From: a virus
Lineage: Duplodnaviria; Caudoviricetes
IMG/VR virus record: IMGVR_UViG_3300032297_000501
Span: 1-57,346 of that record
Reading direction: 5' to 3' (one strand)
DNA: 57,346 nt
Below are positions 18,769 through 29,035 of the stretch, piece by piece. The notes under the pieces are model-generated. The model was not told the DNA's origin. It saw only the letters and a program-made list of their open reading frames with translations, and did not search any database. A program made the translations under genes and the position numbers. Position 1 is the first letter of the stretch, and each line of letters opens with the position of its first letter.

Positions 18769-19320
18769 ATGACTATATCAGTTAAGATGGTCAATGACCA
18801 GATTAAAAAGATCAGCGAAACTAACACCCTTCTAGACATGTTGCTAGAAGTTGAAAAGGTGTTAGACAGTTGCGATCTTTATGCCTATGCTAACTGGAAA
18901 AAGGGCGAAGTACTAGAAGGCCCTACATTAGAGCGCCATTGGGTAAATGTAAAACTACTTTATCCTTATAATGAGATGCCCGACCCTGAAGGTGCAAAGA
19001 GACTACTAGCACGTCAATGCATAGTTGACTATAAAAAAGACACTCTATTAACTCCTGTTAAAGTTAAAACATTTGACGATGTTGAAGTAGACGTTCGTCC
19101 AGATGGTAGTACACGATATAAGACTCGTACTGAAAGTCAGCCTGTATGGGTTGTTGAGTTGAAAATTCCTCGTAAGTATGTAGACGAATTCTCAACCTCT
19201 GTAATTGAAGCTGATGAAAATTCATATGTTGATACAGAGGATACAAATACTGAAACTGATTTACAATCACAGCAGATGGTAACTCCGCCTGAACAACAAC
19301 CTGACCAAGGAGCGTTCTAA
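18769..19320 (+). CDS. Hypothetical protein (late gene)
   Basis: 183 aa ORF with RBS; MPDPEGA.RL block. Confidence 0.75.
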   Translation: MTISVKMVNDQIKKISETNTLLDMLLEVEKVLDSCDLYAYANWKKGEVLEGPTLERHWVNVKLLYPYNEMPDPEGAKRLLARQCIVDYKKDTLLTPVKVKTFDDVEVDVRPDGSTRYKTRTESQPVWVVELKIPRKYVDEFSTSVIEADENSYVDTEDTNTETDLQSQQMVTPPEQQPDQGAF

Positions 19321-20126
19321 TGTCTCTCAAAGAAGGTGATCTAAAAAACGTTGTACTTAAAAAACTTAGTATTGACGAATTTGAACCTAAAACCGGCGAA
19401 GCTAAAGAAGTTCTAGTACTTGGATTCCAAGTAACAGAAAGTAATGTAGGCGAGGATTTATACGGTTTCCTAAATGGTGCTGTAGTTGAAGTACGCGATA
19501 TTGAAGTAAGCCCAAATCCAAATGATAATGGCTACTATATGGTATTTGTTGAAATGGACCGTAAGGAAGGTGTAGTTGAGGACATCAAAACTTTAATTCG
19601 CGATACTGAGCGCCTTGCAGGTAAACTTGCATGGGAGGCAAGAACGTATCTCAACGACGACTATCTTCCTCTAAGCGAAGATGAAATTTACGAATACATT
19701 ATTACTGATCCTGCTAACTATGTAACTCGCGAAGAGTTTGAAAATCAACGAGCTGCACGAATAGAAGAACAAAAGCGTTTGGAAGAACAAGCAGCCGCAG
19801 AGGCTGCGGCACAAGATAGATCAAACCAAATCTTAGAATTTCTCAAGGACAGTAATTTATTACAGGCAGGAATCAACGAAGGTCGCTTGGTACTGCAAGA
19901 TTCACGCAACGTTGTTGCGTTGGAACTAGTTGATTTTGGTCCTAGTAGTGAAGTAATGCTACAGCACGGCATAAAAGAAAGTGCTATTAAATTTGATTTC
20001 GATAAGGTACTGTTTGGTAAGTTAAAAGGTATGCTAGGTGAAATGGCAGCATTGCCAATTGACCAATACGTTGTTATCTATAACCCTTCAAAGCAAGATA
20101 ACATTTTAATTGCTAAAGCAACTTAA
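19320..20126 (+). CDS. Hypothetical protein
   Basis: 268 aa ORF coupled by TAATG. Confidence 0.75.
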   Translation: MSLKEGDLKNVVLKKLSIDEFEPKTGEAKEVLVLGFQVTESNVGEDLYGFLNGAVVEVRDIEVSPNPNDNGYYMVFVEMDRKEGVVEDIKTLIRDTERLAGKLAWEARTYLNDDYLPLSEDEIYEYIITDPANYVTREEFENQRAARIEEQKRLEEQAAAEAAAQDRSNQILEFLKDSNLLQAGINEGRLVLQDSRNVVALELVDFGPSSEVMLQHGIKESAIKFDFDKVLFGKLKGMLGEMAALPIDQYVVIYNPSKQDNILIAKAT

Positions 20127-20176
20127 TTTAACCGAAAGGTAAATTATCGAATACACAGAACAGGAGTGATTAGGCC

Positions 20177-20659
20177 ATGATGTGGTTGTTCTTTTGGATT
20201 ATTGGAAAAATACCTGCAACATTTTGGCTCATTACAGCTTGTGTTGGTGTTGCACTTTTCTTTGCAGCGGGCATATTAGGAAGACTTCCTCCTTTCAAAG
20301 CCTACTCGATCTTTATCAAACCCCTTAGCGTTATAATGACTGTAGTGGGAATCTACATGTACGGCGGAGCAAGTATCAATGATCATTATCAAAAAATGAT
20401 CAAAGAGTACGAACAAAAAATTGCTATAGCTGAACAAAAAAGTGTAGCAGTTAATACAGTAATCGAAGAACGTGTCAAATATCAAACACAGGTTATTAGG
20501 GACAACCAAATTGTGTACCAAGATAAAATTATTGAAGTAGCCAAGGAAGTAAATGGTCAATGCAAACTTGATCCTAGAGTTGCTGAGATACTTAATGGTG
20601 CTTCTGTTTATCCAATTACAAAACCTGCACTAGACACAGATAAGAAGGATCCAAAATGA
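20177..20659 (+). CDS. Putative inner-membrane spanin (Rz-like)
   Basis: N-terminal TM helices, then coiled coil with a Cys; overlaps a lipoprotein gene. Confidence 0.55.
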   Translation: MMWLFFWIIGKIPATFWLITACVGVALFFAAGILGRLPPFKAYSIFIKPLSVIMTVVGIYMYGGASINDHYQKMIKEYEQKIAIAEQKSVAVNTVIEERVKYQTQVIRDNQIVYQDKIIEVAKEVNGQCKLDPRVAEILNGASVYPITKPALDTDKKDPK

Positions 20660-20937
20660 AAAAACTGATACTGATTCCTATGCTGATCATAATGTCTGGT
20701 TGTGCAACAAAGGTTCCTGTTGCCATGAAATTTCCTGCCGCACCTGAAAGTCTGCTAATTACATGTAAGGACCTCGAACAGGTAAAACCTAATGAAGAAC
20801 AACTTAGTGAAATGCTCAAAACAGTTGTTACAAATTATGGTCAATACCACGAGTGCAGAGCAAAAGTTGAAGCGTGGATAGATTGGTATAAAGGCCAAAA
20901 AGAAATACACGATTCGGTTACGGGTAAAGGGAAATAA
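20656..20937 (+). CDS. Putative outer-membrane spanin lipoprotein (Rz1-like)
   Basis: MKK + hydrophobic + MSGC lipobox, Pro-rich segment, two more Cys, NYGQYHEC..K..AW..WY. Confidence 0.65.
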   Translation: MKKLILIPMLIIMSGCATKVPVAMKFPAAPESLLITCKDLEQVKPNEEQLSEMLKTVVTNYGQYHECRAKVEAWIDWYKGQKEIHDSVTGKGK

Positions 20938-20940
20938 CTA

Positions 20941-21213
20941 ATGCGTAAATGGTTTTTTGAACTGTTTGAACAAAAGGCAGCAAATAGCCTCAAGATGATG
21001 TTCATGGACACTCAACGTTTAATTAGTGAGTCTGAAAATGAAATTGCAAAATGGGAAGCTCTAATTAAAAATGAACGTGAGTTCCTAACAAAGTTAACAG
21101 CTAAGGCACGAGATATCTCAATTGAACGTACTAAACTTGCTAAAGATGAAGTAGCAGAACGACTAAAAGAATTTGACAGAGCAAACCAACTTGCGAATAG
21201 GTTTAAAAAATAA
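20941..21213 (+). CDS. Hypothetical coiled-coil protein
   Basis: 90 aa charged helical ORF. Confidence 0.6.
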   Translation: MRKWFFELFEQKAANSLKMMFMDTQRLISESENEIAKWEALIKNEREFLTKLTAKARDISIERTKLAKDEVAERLKEFDRANQLANRFKK

Positions 21214-21525
21214 ATGAGAACTAAAGAAGAAATTGTAGCTGCAATTATTGAACAGCTAGACGAAAAAGTAGCACCCATGGTTGACCAGCATGGCGGCATT
21301 GTTAAGTTTATGGATTTTGATGTAGACACAGGCATGGTAGAGCTCATGCTTAGTGGTTCGTGCAGTGGTTGTTCTGGAAGCAGTATGACACTTAAGTATG
21401 GAATCGAAAACTTGTTAATGCATTATATTCCTGAGGTTAAGGGTGTTACAGGACACCATGACCCAATGTCAATGAGTCAACCTTTTTACCATTCAAATTT
21501 GTTTAATCCTACATTTGATCGTTGA
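21214..21525 (+). CDS. nfuA: NifU C-terminal/NfuA-like Fe-S carrier
   Basis: V.PMV..HGG.V, LSGSCSGCSGSSMTLKYGIEN.L.HYIPEV (CxxC). Confidence 0.88.
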   Translation: MRTKEEIVAAIIEQLDEKVAPMVDQHGGIVKFMDFDVDTGMVELMLSGSCSGCSGSSMTLKYGIENLLMHYIPEVKGVTGHHDPMSMSQPFYHSNLFNPTFDR

Positions 21526-21550
21526 CAAAATAGTCTAACTATACTATAAT
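21522..21550 (+). promoter_or_regulatory. Sigma70-type promoter (perfect consensus)
   Basis: TTGACA-17 bp-TATAAT; ATG follows 6 nt later with no RBS, so the mRNA is probably leaderless. Confidence 0.8.
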
Positions 21551-21556
21551 AGTAGA

Positions 21557-22372
21557 ATGGACTATTATCAACAATTAGGCGTAAATCGTAATTCTTCTCC
21601 GGAAGAAATTAAACAAGCCTTTCGTAGACTAGCAATGAAACACCATCCCGATAAAGGTGGTGATGAAGCTGAGTTTAAAAAGATAAACGAAGCATATGCA
21701 GTATTAGGCGATCCTCAAAAAAAATCGGATTACGACAGTCCGCAATCTCAGCAGAGCTGGACAGGCTTTAATTGGAATAATGAAAGGCCCTCTCCGGGCG
21801 ACCCGTTTGACTTTGAAGATATTTTACGTCATGTAAGAAACTTCCAAGACCGCGGTCCGCGACAAAAAAATCCCGATGCTATCACTGATGTACATATTAA
21901 TCTAGAACAATTATTTACAGGCACAGATATGCTTGTTGATGTAGGCTATGCTAGAGAAGTAATTTATGTGAATCCAGGTACACGTAATGGTACTAAACTT
22001 AGAATTAAAGGTAAGGGTCCTAGAAGATACAAGGATGCACTACCTGGTGATTTAATTGTTCGGGTCAACGTTGATATACCTGAAAATATGGCTATTGACG
22101 GCAATAATCTTTATGCTAGAATAGATGTAAATGCATTAGAAGCAATTGTAGGTTCTGATATAACCCTTGATCATCCTCTCGGAAAAGAATTAAAAGTTAC
22201 TATTCCTAAAGGTACGCAAGGCGGAACAAAGCTACGATTAAAAGGACTAGGTATACCAGATTCTAATACTAGAACAACAGGAGACTATTTTGTTATAGTT
22301 AACATTTTTATACCAGATGTAAGCGATGTTAATCACTTAGAAGCATTAAATAAAATTATAGAGAATAGGTAA
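21557..22372 (+). CDS. dnaJ: DnaJ-class chaperone (CbpA-like, no zinc finger)
   Basis: DYYQQLGV, KHHPDK J-domain, C-terminal LRIKGKG/PGDL/IPKGTQ domain. Confidence 0.9.
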   Translation: MDYYQQLGVNRNSSPEEIKQAFRRLAMKHHPDKGGDEAEFKKINEAYAVLGDPQKKSDYDSPQSQQSWTGFNWNNERPSPGDPFDFEDILRHVRNFQDRGPRQKNPDAITDVHINLEQLFTGTDMLVDVGYAREVIYVNPGTRNGTKLRIKGKGPRRYKDALPGDLIVRVNVDIPENMAIDGNNLYARIDVNALEAIVGSDITLDHPLGKELKVTIPKGTQGGTKLRLKGLGIPDSNTRTTGDYFVIVNIFIPDVSDVNHLEALNKIIENR

Positions 22373-22379
22373 CTAATTA

Positions 22380-24584
22380 ATGAGCAATAATACCCAAGTT
22401 GAAAAGATTATTCGTAATGCAGCTAGTTTTGCTACAGACAAAGGACACGAGTACATTTGTTTAGAGCACGTGATGCTGTCATTGTTTGATGACGACGATA
22501 TTATTAGTCTTTGTGCAAATCTTAGTGTTGACCACGGTCAAATTAAAGAAGATTTAGTTAATTATTTGAGCGATCAAGATTTAAATGGTCTTGTTCCCAC
22601 AAATGGTATTAAAGGTGCACCTAAAAAGACTATGAGCTTAGATCGTGTTATTCAACGTTCTCTAGCACAGATTCTGTTTAGCGGCAGAGACAGATTGAGC
22701 CCTATTGATGTACTAATCAGTATTCTTACAGAGGATAATTGTCATGCACGTTATATCTGCGAAATAAACGGATTAGATAGAAACACAATTTCTCAATACA
22801 TTGAGCAAGAAAATCGCACAACAGAAAATCAAGAATTGCTCAATGAATTTACAACTAATTTAAATGAAGAAGCACTTAAGAGTCGGATTGATCCTCTTAT
22901 TGGACGTTATGAAGAAGTTAACGATCTTATTCATGTTCTTGCCCGGCGCAAGAAGAACAACTGTGTGCTGGTAGGCGAACCCGGAACAGGTAAGACTGCA
23001 ATTGCAGAAGGTCTTGCTAAGAAGATTGTTGAAGGCGAAGTCCCTGACATTCTTAAGAACAAAGTTGTTTACAGCTTAGACATTGGTAAGTTGCTTGCTG
23101 GTACACGTTATCGCGGAGACTTTGAAGAACGTATCAAAGGCGTACTGCAAACATTAGAATCAAACCCAAACACTATTTTGTTCATCGACGAAATTCATAT
23201 GATTATGGGTGCAGGTAGTGCCGGTGGTAGCAGTGTTGACGTTGCTAACTTGATTAAGCCAGTTCTAGGCAAAGGACGTTTACTAACCATTGGTGCAACA
23301 ACACCAGATGAATTTGCTGACAGCTTTGAAAAGGACCGCGCACTAATGCGTCGTTTTGCAAGACTAGATATTGAACAAACATCAGTAGAAGATACTAAAC
23401 TCATTGTTAAAGGTCTTAAGAGCTACTATGAAGAATTCCATGGTGTTTCATATGACGATAAGGTCTTAGAGAAGAGCGTAGAACTTGTTGACCGTTATGT
23501 AAAGACCAAATACTTTCCTGATAAGGCGCTAGATGCTGTTGACGCGGCTGGTGCCGCAGTTAAACTTCGTGGCGACAAGCAAGTAATGCTTAAGGATATT
23601 GTTACTGTTGTTGCTAAGACTAGTAAGATTGGTGTCGATGTTATTGATACAGAAAGCACCACAGGCTATAAGAATCTAGACGGACGTATCAAAGGCACAG
23701 TGTACGGACAGGATAACGCTGTTGACAAGATTGTAGAAGCTATCCTTGTTAGCAAGAGCGGACTACGTGAACCCAACAAGCCAATTGGCAGCTTCTTGTT
23801 TGTAGGTCCAACAGGTACAGGTAAAACAGAAACAGCACGTTCGTTGTCTAACGAACTACAAGCCAAGCTGGTCAAATTTGATATGAGCGAATATCAGGAG
23901 CGTCACAGTGTAGCAAAGTTAATAGGTGCACCTCCAGGATATGTAGGCCATGCTGAAGGCAAAATGGGACAAGGTCAGCTGATTGCTGCCGTTGAAGACA
24001 GTCCTAACTGTGTGCTACTATTAGACGAAGTTGAAAAGGCGGCACCAGAAGTGCTACAGGTTCTTCTACAGGTTATGGATGATGGACGACTAACTAGTGC
24101 TACAGGTAAGACTGTAGACTTTACTAACGTCATTCTTATTATGACATCTAACCTTGGTGCTGCCAACGCAGAGAAGCGTAAGATTGGTTTTGGCGACAGT
24201 GTTAAGGCTGGCGAGATCAACAAAGCAATCGAAAACTTCTTTACACCAGAATTTAGAAATCGCTTAGACGCTGTAGTTGAATTTAGCAAGTTAGACAAGG
24301 ACATGATGCTTAAGATCGTAGATCGTCTAGTAGTTGATACTAACAAACTATTAAGCAATAATGACAGTAGTGTGCGTATTGCAATTACAGAAGTTTGTCG
24401 CCAACAACTTTCAACAGACGGGTATGAGCCGAGTATGGGCGCAAGACCACTAAAACGTGTATTCGAAGAAAAAATCAAAAAGCCTCTGAGCCGTAAAATT
24501 TTGTTTGATAATCTTGCTGATTGCACGGTGGAGGTAAACTATGATCAAGAAAAAAACACCTACGATTTCTCAGTCAGAAGTTAA
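22380..24584 (+). CDS. clpA: ATP-dependent Clp protease ATP-binding subunit ClpA
   Basis: Clp N-domain, [40 protein letters not shown] loop (RKIGFG), GARPL; no ClpB middle domain. Confidence 0.93.
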   Translation: MSNNTQVEKIIRNAASFATDKGHEYICLEHVMLSLFDDDDIISLCANLSVDHGQIKEDLVNYLSDQDLNGLVPTNGIKGAPKKTMSLDRVIQRSLAQILFSGRDRLSPIDVLISILTEDNCHARYICEINGLDRNTISQYIEQENRTTENQELLNEFTTNLNEEALKSRIDPLIGRYEEVNDLIHVLARRKKNNCVLVGEPGTGKTAIAEGLAKKIVEGEVPDILKNKVVYSLDIGKLLAGTRYRGDFEERIKGVLQTLESNPNTILFIDEIHMIMGAGSAGGSSVDVANLIKPVLGKGRLLTIGATTPDEFADSFEKDRALMRRFARLDIEQTSVEDTKLIVKGLKSYYEEFHGVSYDDKVLEKSVELVDRYVKTKYFPDKALDAVDAAGAAVKLRGDKQVMLKDIVTVVAKTSKIGVDVIDTESTTGYKNLDGRIKGTVYGQDNAVDKIVEAILVSKSGLREPNKPIGSFLFVGPTGTGKTETARSLSNELQAKLVKFDMSEYQERHSVAKLIGAPPGYVGHAEGKMGQGQLIAAVEDSPNCVLLLDEVEKAAPEVLQVLLQVMDDGRLTSATGKTVDFTNVILIMTSNLGAANAEKRKIGFGDSVKAGEINKAIENFFTPEFRNRLDAVVEFSKLDKDMMLKIVDRLVVDTNKLLSNNDSSVRIAITEVCRQQLSTDGYEPSMGARPLKRVFEEKIKKPLSRKILFDNLADCTVEVNYDQEKNTYDFSVRS

Positions 24585-25233
24585 GGTACTTAAAAAGAAG
24601 GCAGTAGGGTTTGACTTACTGCCTTCTAACAGTATCTATTTTGGACGTTATCCTTATAAAATAGTTTTTAATCTAAAGTTTGATCCTAACAAAAAATACG
24701 GCGAGCAAATCTTAAATTTCAAATTTGATTTGACAAATTTTACCGAAGAAGCTTTAAAGCATCCTACAAGGCAATTAATATCTACAGAAAAACCGAGTCT
24801 TTTTATTCAAGATTATAAAGACTTGATGCTTACATTAGCTGTTTATAAAGATTCTATTCATCAAGTTTGCGGGCCGATATCTAAGGAACACTTAGAATTA
24901 TTATTTTCAAATAACTATCGATGTCAAGGAAAAGACCGGTTGTGGTATGGGATTTATGATTGTAAGATTGAAACTTGGTTACCTTTCAAGTATCGGAAAA
25001 ATGTTACATACGGCAATATAAGGCACCAGGATAGCGAAGATGCAGAAGAAATTAAGTCTCTAATAGATTTTATTAAAGAAAATCTTAACGCACATATCCC
25101 CAAACACTGGACTGCTAGATTTACTACTACAATTTATTGTAAGTTTGATGAGTTTGTAAACATTCTACCTTTCCTTAAACTCAGCTACCCGAAGCACACT
25201 ATGATGATTACACGAGCAATACTAAACGGCTAA
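24541..25233 (+). CDS. Hypothetical protein
   Basis: 230 aa ORF; YFGRYPYKI and LWYGIYDCKI form an internal repeat. Confidence 0.65.
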   Translation: MIKKKTPTISQSEVKVLKKKAVGFDLLPSNSIYFGRYPYKIVFNLKFDPNKKYGEQILNFKFDLTNFTEEALKHPTRQLISTEKPSLFIQDYKDLMLTLAVYKDSIHQVCGPISKEHLELLFSNNYRCQGKDRLWYGIYDCKIETWLPFKYRKNVTYGNIRHQDSEDAEEIKSLIDFIKENLNAHIPKHWTARFTTTIYCKFDEFVNILPFLKLSYPKHTMMITRAILNG

Positions 25234-25234
25234 G

Positions 25235-25243
25235 TGATAAATA
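25235..25243 (+). promoter_or_regulatory. Late-type promoter motif TGATAAATA
   Basis: Intergenic copy preceding the structural module. Confidence 0.65.
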
Positions 25244-25269
25244 TATTGAAATAGTTATCGGGATTCAAT

Positions 25270-25683
25270 ATGCCAATTAATCGTAGAAGTGTAACAATTA
25301 TGAGTGCCTCGGGCACAGAAATGAATAAGTATAGTGAAACTGTAAAAGGTGACAGCTATTACGGCTTCACTGACGGTTTACACACTATCCAAGTTACCTA
25401 CAATCAGTATGTTGGCAGATTACGTATTCAAGGAACACTGAGCTTATCTCCCACAGCCTCAGATTGGTTCGATATTGTTCCTAGTACAACAGCAGGCGGT
25501 TTTTGGAATCCTGCAGGTTACATTCAATTTAACGCAAATAATCCAGCCGATCTTTCGGAAGCATATACCTTCCAGGGCAACTTCGCTTTCATCCGTGTTT
25601 ATATGGACAGAGAACACGTAGGTGACGGCGCTACCTACGACAGTTCATACGGTCAAGTTAGTCGAGTTATCCTATCGAGCTAA
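25270..25683 (+). CDS. Putative virion protein
   Basis: Beta-rich 137 aa ORF (GDSYYG..DGLHT, IQGTL...P...DWFDI, F.GNF..IR) behind a late motif. Confidence 0.6.
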   Translation: MPINRRSVTIMSASGTEMNKYSETVKGDSYYGFTDGLHTIQVTYNQYVGRLRIQGTLSLSPTASDWFDIVPSTTAGGFWNPAGYIQFNANNPADLSEAYTFQGNFAFIRVYMDREHVGDGATYDSSYGQVSRVILSS

Positions 25684-25685
25684 AG

Positions 25686-25694
25686 TGATAAATA
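25686..25694 (+). promoter_or_regulatory. Late-type promoter motif TGATAAATA
   Basis: Intergenic copy upstream of the giant fibre gene. Confidence 0.65.
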
Positions 25695-25736
25695 GTTGTA
25701 ATAAACAGCTATATTACTTTGCTGATAGGATGGCAG

Positions 25737-28700
25737 ATGGCAAACACCTTTATTGAATTAAACGACACCCCTTCAGATTTTACCGGTTCCGGATTAAAAT
25801 TCGTACGAGTTAATGCTGCCGCAAATGCGCTGGTTTTTGGTTCTGTTGAGATTAATGATCTTGTTGATGTCCAGGCAAATCTAGCATATACTCCACAAGG
25901 TGGCCAGGCTTTAATTTATAGTTCAGCAGCAGGTAAATGGCGTCCAGGAACAATGGACGTATATAGTCCTGGTAATGGTTTAAACAAAAGCGCACTAACA
26001 CTTAACGTAGTTGCAGGTACAGGCGGCGGTTTAACTTCTAATAGTAGTGGTTTATTCATTACCGATATTGCGGGTGTTTCTGGTACTTGGGGTAATGCTA
26101 GCCACGTTCCCGTTTTAACTATTAACAGTAAAGGTCAAGTTACTGGCGTAACACCTACCTTAATTACTGCAACACAAGCACAAACAATTACAAACCCATT
26201 TGTTGGTAATGTAACTGGTACAAGTGGTCAAATACGTGTTACTGGTGGCACAGGTAATAATTCGAACGCTGTTATCGATCTTGTAGCAACAGGTGTTACT
26301 GCGGCAACATATGGTAATACAACTCACTTACCCCGTATTACTGTTGACACTTACGGACGTATCCAAAACGTTGACTTAATTGAAGTCGCCGGAGGCGGCG
26401 ATGGTGGTGGTTACAGTTTAGGCTTCGCTAATATTATTGTAGCCGGGCAAACAACAGTAAGTGCTGATCAAGCGTCCGACGACCTGACACTTGTTGCAGG
26501 TTCTGGTATATCTATTACTACGCAAGCTAATGCTGATAGAATTACTTTCAGCGTGAACACTAGTACTGTAGCAAATTCAATTAATTTAGCTGACTTAAAT
26601 GATATTGATGCAACAGGTATTGTCAACGGCCAAGTATTAATTTGGAATAGCTCAACTAATAAGTTTGAAGCTGGTACTATTTCGGGCGGTGGCGGAAACA
26701 GTAACGTAGATCTAACAGATTTCAGTATTGTTACAGCCGCGCCAAGCGGCAATGGCAGTTTAGCATATAATAACGCAGGCGTGTTTACGTTTACACCCGC
26801 TAATGTACAGGCCAGCGGAAGCACACAATCATTAAGTTGGAACTCATCTACTTATAGTTTAAGTATCAGTGGTGGTAACAGTGTCGACCTAAGTGTATTA
26901 AAAGATAACACTGATTCTCAAACACTAAGTCTAAGTGGCAATGTTATTACTATCAGCGGAAGTAATAGTTCAGTAAATTTAACATCAGCGTTAGGAAATG
27001 TTGCTGGAAATTATGGTGACAGCAATGTTTTAACTTTACTTGGAAATGTTGGTGCAAATATTGTTCCAAGTTCAAATAATCTTTATAGCTTAGGTAGTTC
27101 TTCAAACAGATGGAAAGAGTTACACTTATCTGGTAACACTATCTATATTGCCGGTGCAACAGTAAGTGGTGATTCTAAATTAAAATACAACGGTTCAAAT
27201 CTAGCAACAGAATCGTATGTCACTAGCGCATTGTCTGGTGTATCCGGTAATTACGGAGATTCGAATGTCGCTGCATATCTAAGCACAAACAGTTATGCTA
27301 CACAAAGTTATGTTACTGCACAAATTAGTGCATTAACAGCAGGTGCATCTACTGCACTAGATACACTAGCAGAAGTAGCTAATGCGTTGAACAACAGCAA
27401 TGCTACACTTGCAACAGTAGCATTCACAGGTAACTATGCAAACTTAACTAACCGTCCTACGCTAACACTAAGTTCGAGTAACCTAACGTTAGATGGTACC
27501 ACAGTTAATCTTAGCAGTGTAATAGGCCAGCAAGGTATACAAGGTAATGCGGGTCTACAAGGTAATACTGGTGTCAGTGTTACAAGTGCAACACTTTCAG
27601 GTTCTAACTTAATACTAACATTAAGCAATGCATCTACAATTGATGCTGGCAATGTTCGTGGCGCCCAAGGTCCACAAGGTCTAGCTGGCGACGGTAACGC
27701 AGGTATTGCTAATGCTACTGTAGCTGGTAATAACAACTTAATTATTGGTCTTGTAAACGGCACATATATTAATGCCGGCAATGTACAAGGCCCAATTGGT
27801 CTTCAAGGTAACGCGGGTACAAATGGCGTAAGCATTACTAGCGTAAGTCTAGTAAGTAGTAACTTAGTATTAAACTATAGTAATACATCAACTCAAGATG
27901 TCGGTAACATCAGAGGTCCACAAGGTGATGCTGGTACCAACGGTACAAGTATTTCAACTGCTACAGTCAACGGTAGTGGTAACTTAATTATTACATTAAG
28001 CAATAGTTCTACCGTTGATGCTGGTAATGTTCGCGGTGCGGCTGGTGCTGATGGCGCAGCCGGTATTCAGCTTTCAAATCTAAGTGTAACTACAGCATCA
28101 GCTAGTGGCAACGGTAGTTTAGCCTACAATAATACAACCGGTGTATTCACATTTACTCCACCAGATCTAAGCAGCACAGGTGACATAACATCTGTAACAG
28201 CTGGCACAGGTCTAAGTGGAGGCGGAAGCAGCGGTGCAGTAACAGTAAGTTTAGGTACTAGTGGTGTAACAGCAGGCACATATGGTAACGCTACCACAAT
28301 GCCGCAGTTCACAGTTGATACCTATGGTAGAATCACTGGTGTAAGTAATATTGCTATTAGTGCAGGCGGCGGTGGTTCAGGCGACATTGAAGGTGTTACG
28401 GCAGGTGCTGGTTTAACCGATGGCGGTACTACTGGTACAGTTACGCTCAACGTTGGTGCGGGCGCAGGTATTACTGTAAACTCAGATAACATAGCATTAA
28501 CCAGCAATATTATCACAACAGGCGCTAAGACTTATGGTAGTGCAACATTAATTCCTCAGATTACTGTTGACACATACGGTCGTGTAACCAGTGTCAGTAA
28601 CGTTTCGGTAAGCGGTGGTGGTGGAGGTGGCAGTGGTGCTACTATCCAAAGGTTTAAACTTAATTATAGCACAACTGGTGCATTAGCCAGCACTGCCAAC

Positions 28701-29027
28701 TTATCAGCTGGTATAAGCTCGGTTACAATCGACAGCGCCAGCGGTGGTGAAGTTACTGTTAACTTCACAGGTTATTATTACCCACCAGGTTCGATTATGC
28801 TTTATGGTTATGATAGAACCAATAACAAATATCTAATATCGCATTTAGAAACTACAATGGGACAAAGAGAAGTTCCAGGTGGTGGTTCAGCCGGATCTCC
28901 TACAGCGTTTGATGGTGCAACCAGCAATACTGTTATAAAACTGAAACTTAGAGAAGCTGAAACAGGAGCCAGTCGTGCATTTGGTACAACCACACATGCT
29001 TGGATCCAGTTTGTGATGTATGATTAA
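25737..29027 (+). CDS. Tail-fibre-like virion protein with short collagen-like repeats (likely start ATG 25737)
   Basis: G/S/T/N-rich; repeated TYG..T..P.ITVD.YGR motif; Gly-X-Y runs (GQQGIQGNAGLQGNTG, GAQGPQGLAG); LDTLAEVANAL motif. Confidence 0.8.
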   Translation: MANTFIELNDTPSDFTGSGLKFVRVNAAANALVFGSVEINDLVDVQANLAYTPQGGQALIYSSAAGKWRPGTMDVYSPGNGLNKSALTLNVVAGTGGGLTSNSSGLFITDIAGVSGTWGNASHVPVLTINSKGQVTGVTPTLITATQAQTITNPFVGNVTGTSGQIRVTGGTGNNSNAVIDLVATGVTAATYGNTTHLPRITVDTYGRIQNVDLIEVAGGGDGGGYSLGFANIIVAGQTTVSADQASDDLTLVAGSGISITTQANADRITFSVNTSTVANSINLADLNDIDATGIVNGQVLIWNSSTNKFEAGTISGGGGNSNVDLTDFSIVTAAPSGNGSLAYNNAGVFTFTPANVQASGSTQSLSWNSSTYSLSISGGNSVDLSVLKDNTDSQTLSLSGNVITISGSNSSVNLTSALGNVAGNYGDSNVLTLLGNVGANIVPSSNNLYSLGSSSNRWKELHLSGNTIYIAGATVSGDSKLKYNGSNLATESYVTSALSGVSGNYGDSNVAAYLSTNSYATQSYVTAQISALTAGASTALDTLAEVANALNNSNATLATVAFTGNYANLTNRPTLTLSSSNLTLDGTTVNLSSVIGQQGIQGNAGLQGNTGVSVTSATLSGSNLILTLSNASTIDAGNVRGAQGPQGLAGDGNAGIANATVAGNNNLIIGLVNGTYINAGNVQGPIGLQGNAGTNGVSITSVSLVSSNLVLNYSNTSTQDVGNIRGPQGDAGTNGTSISTATVNGSGNLIITLSNSSTVDAGNVRGAAGADGAAGIQLSNLSVTTASASGNGSLAYNNTTGVFTFTPPDLSSTGDITSVTAGTGLSGGGSSGAVTVSLGTSGVTAGTYGNATTMPQFTVDTYGRITGVSNIAISAGGGGSGDIEGVTAGAGLTDGGTTGTVTLNVGAGAGITVNSDNIALTSNIITTGAKTYGSATLIPQITVDTYGRVTSVSNVSVSGGGGGGSGATIQRFKLNYSTTGALASTANLSAGISSVTIDSASGGEVTVNFTGYYYPPGSIMLYGYDRTNNKYLISHLETTMGQREVPGGGSAGSPTAFDGATSNTVIKLKLREAETGASRAFGTTTHAWIQFVMYD

Positions 29028-29035
29028 GGATTAGC

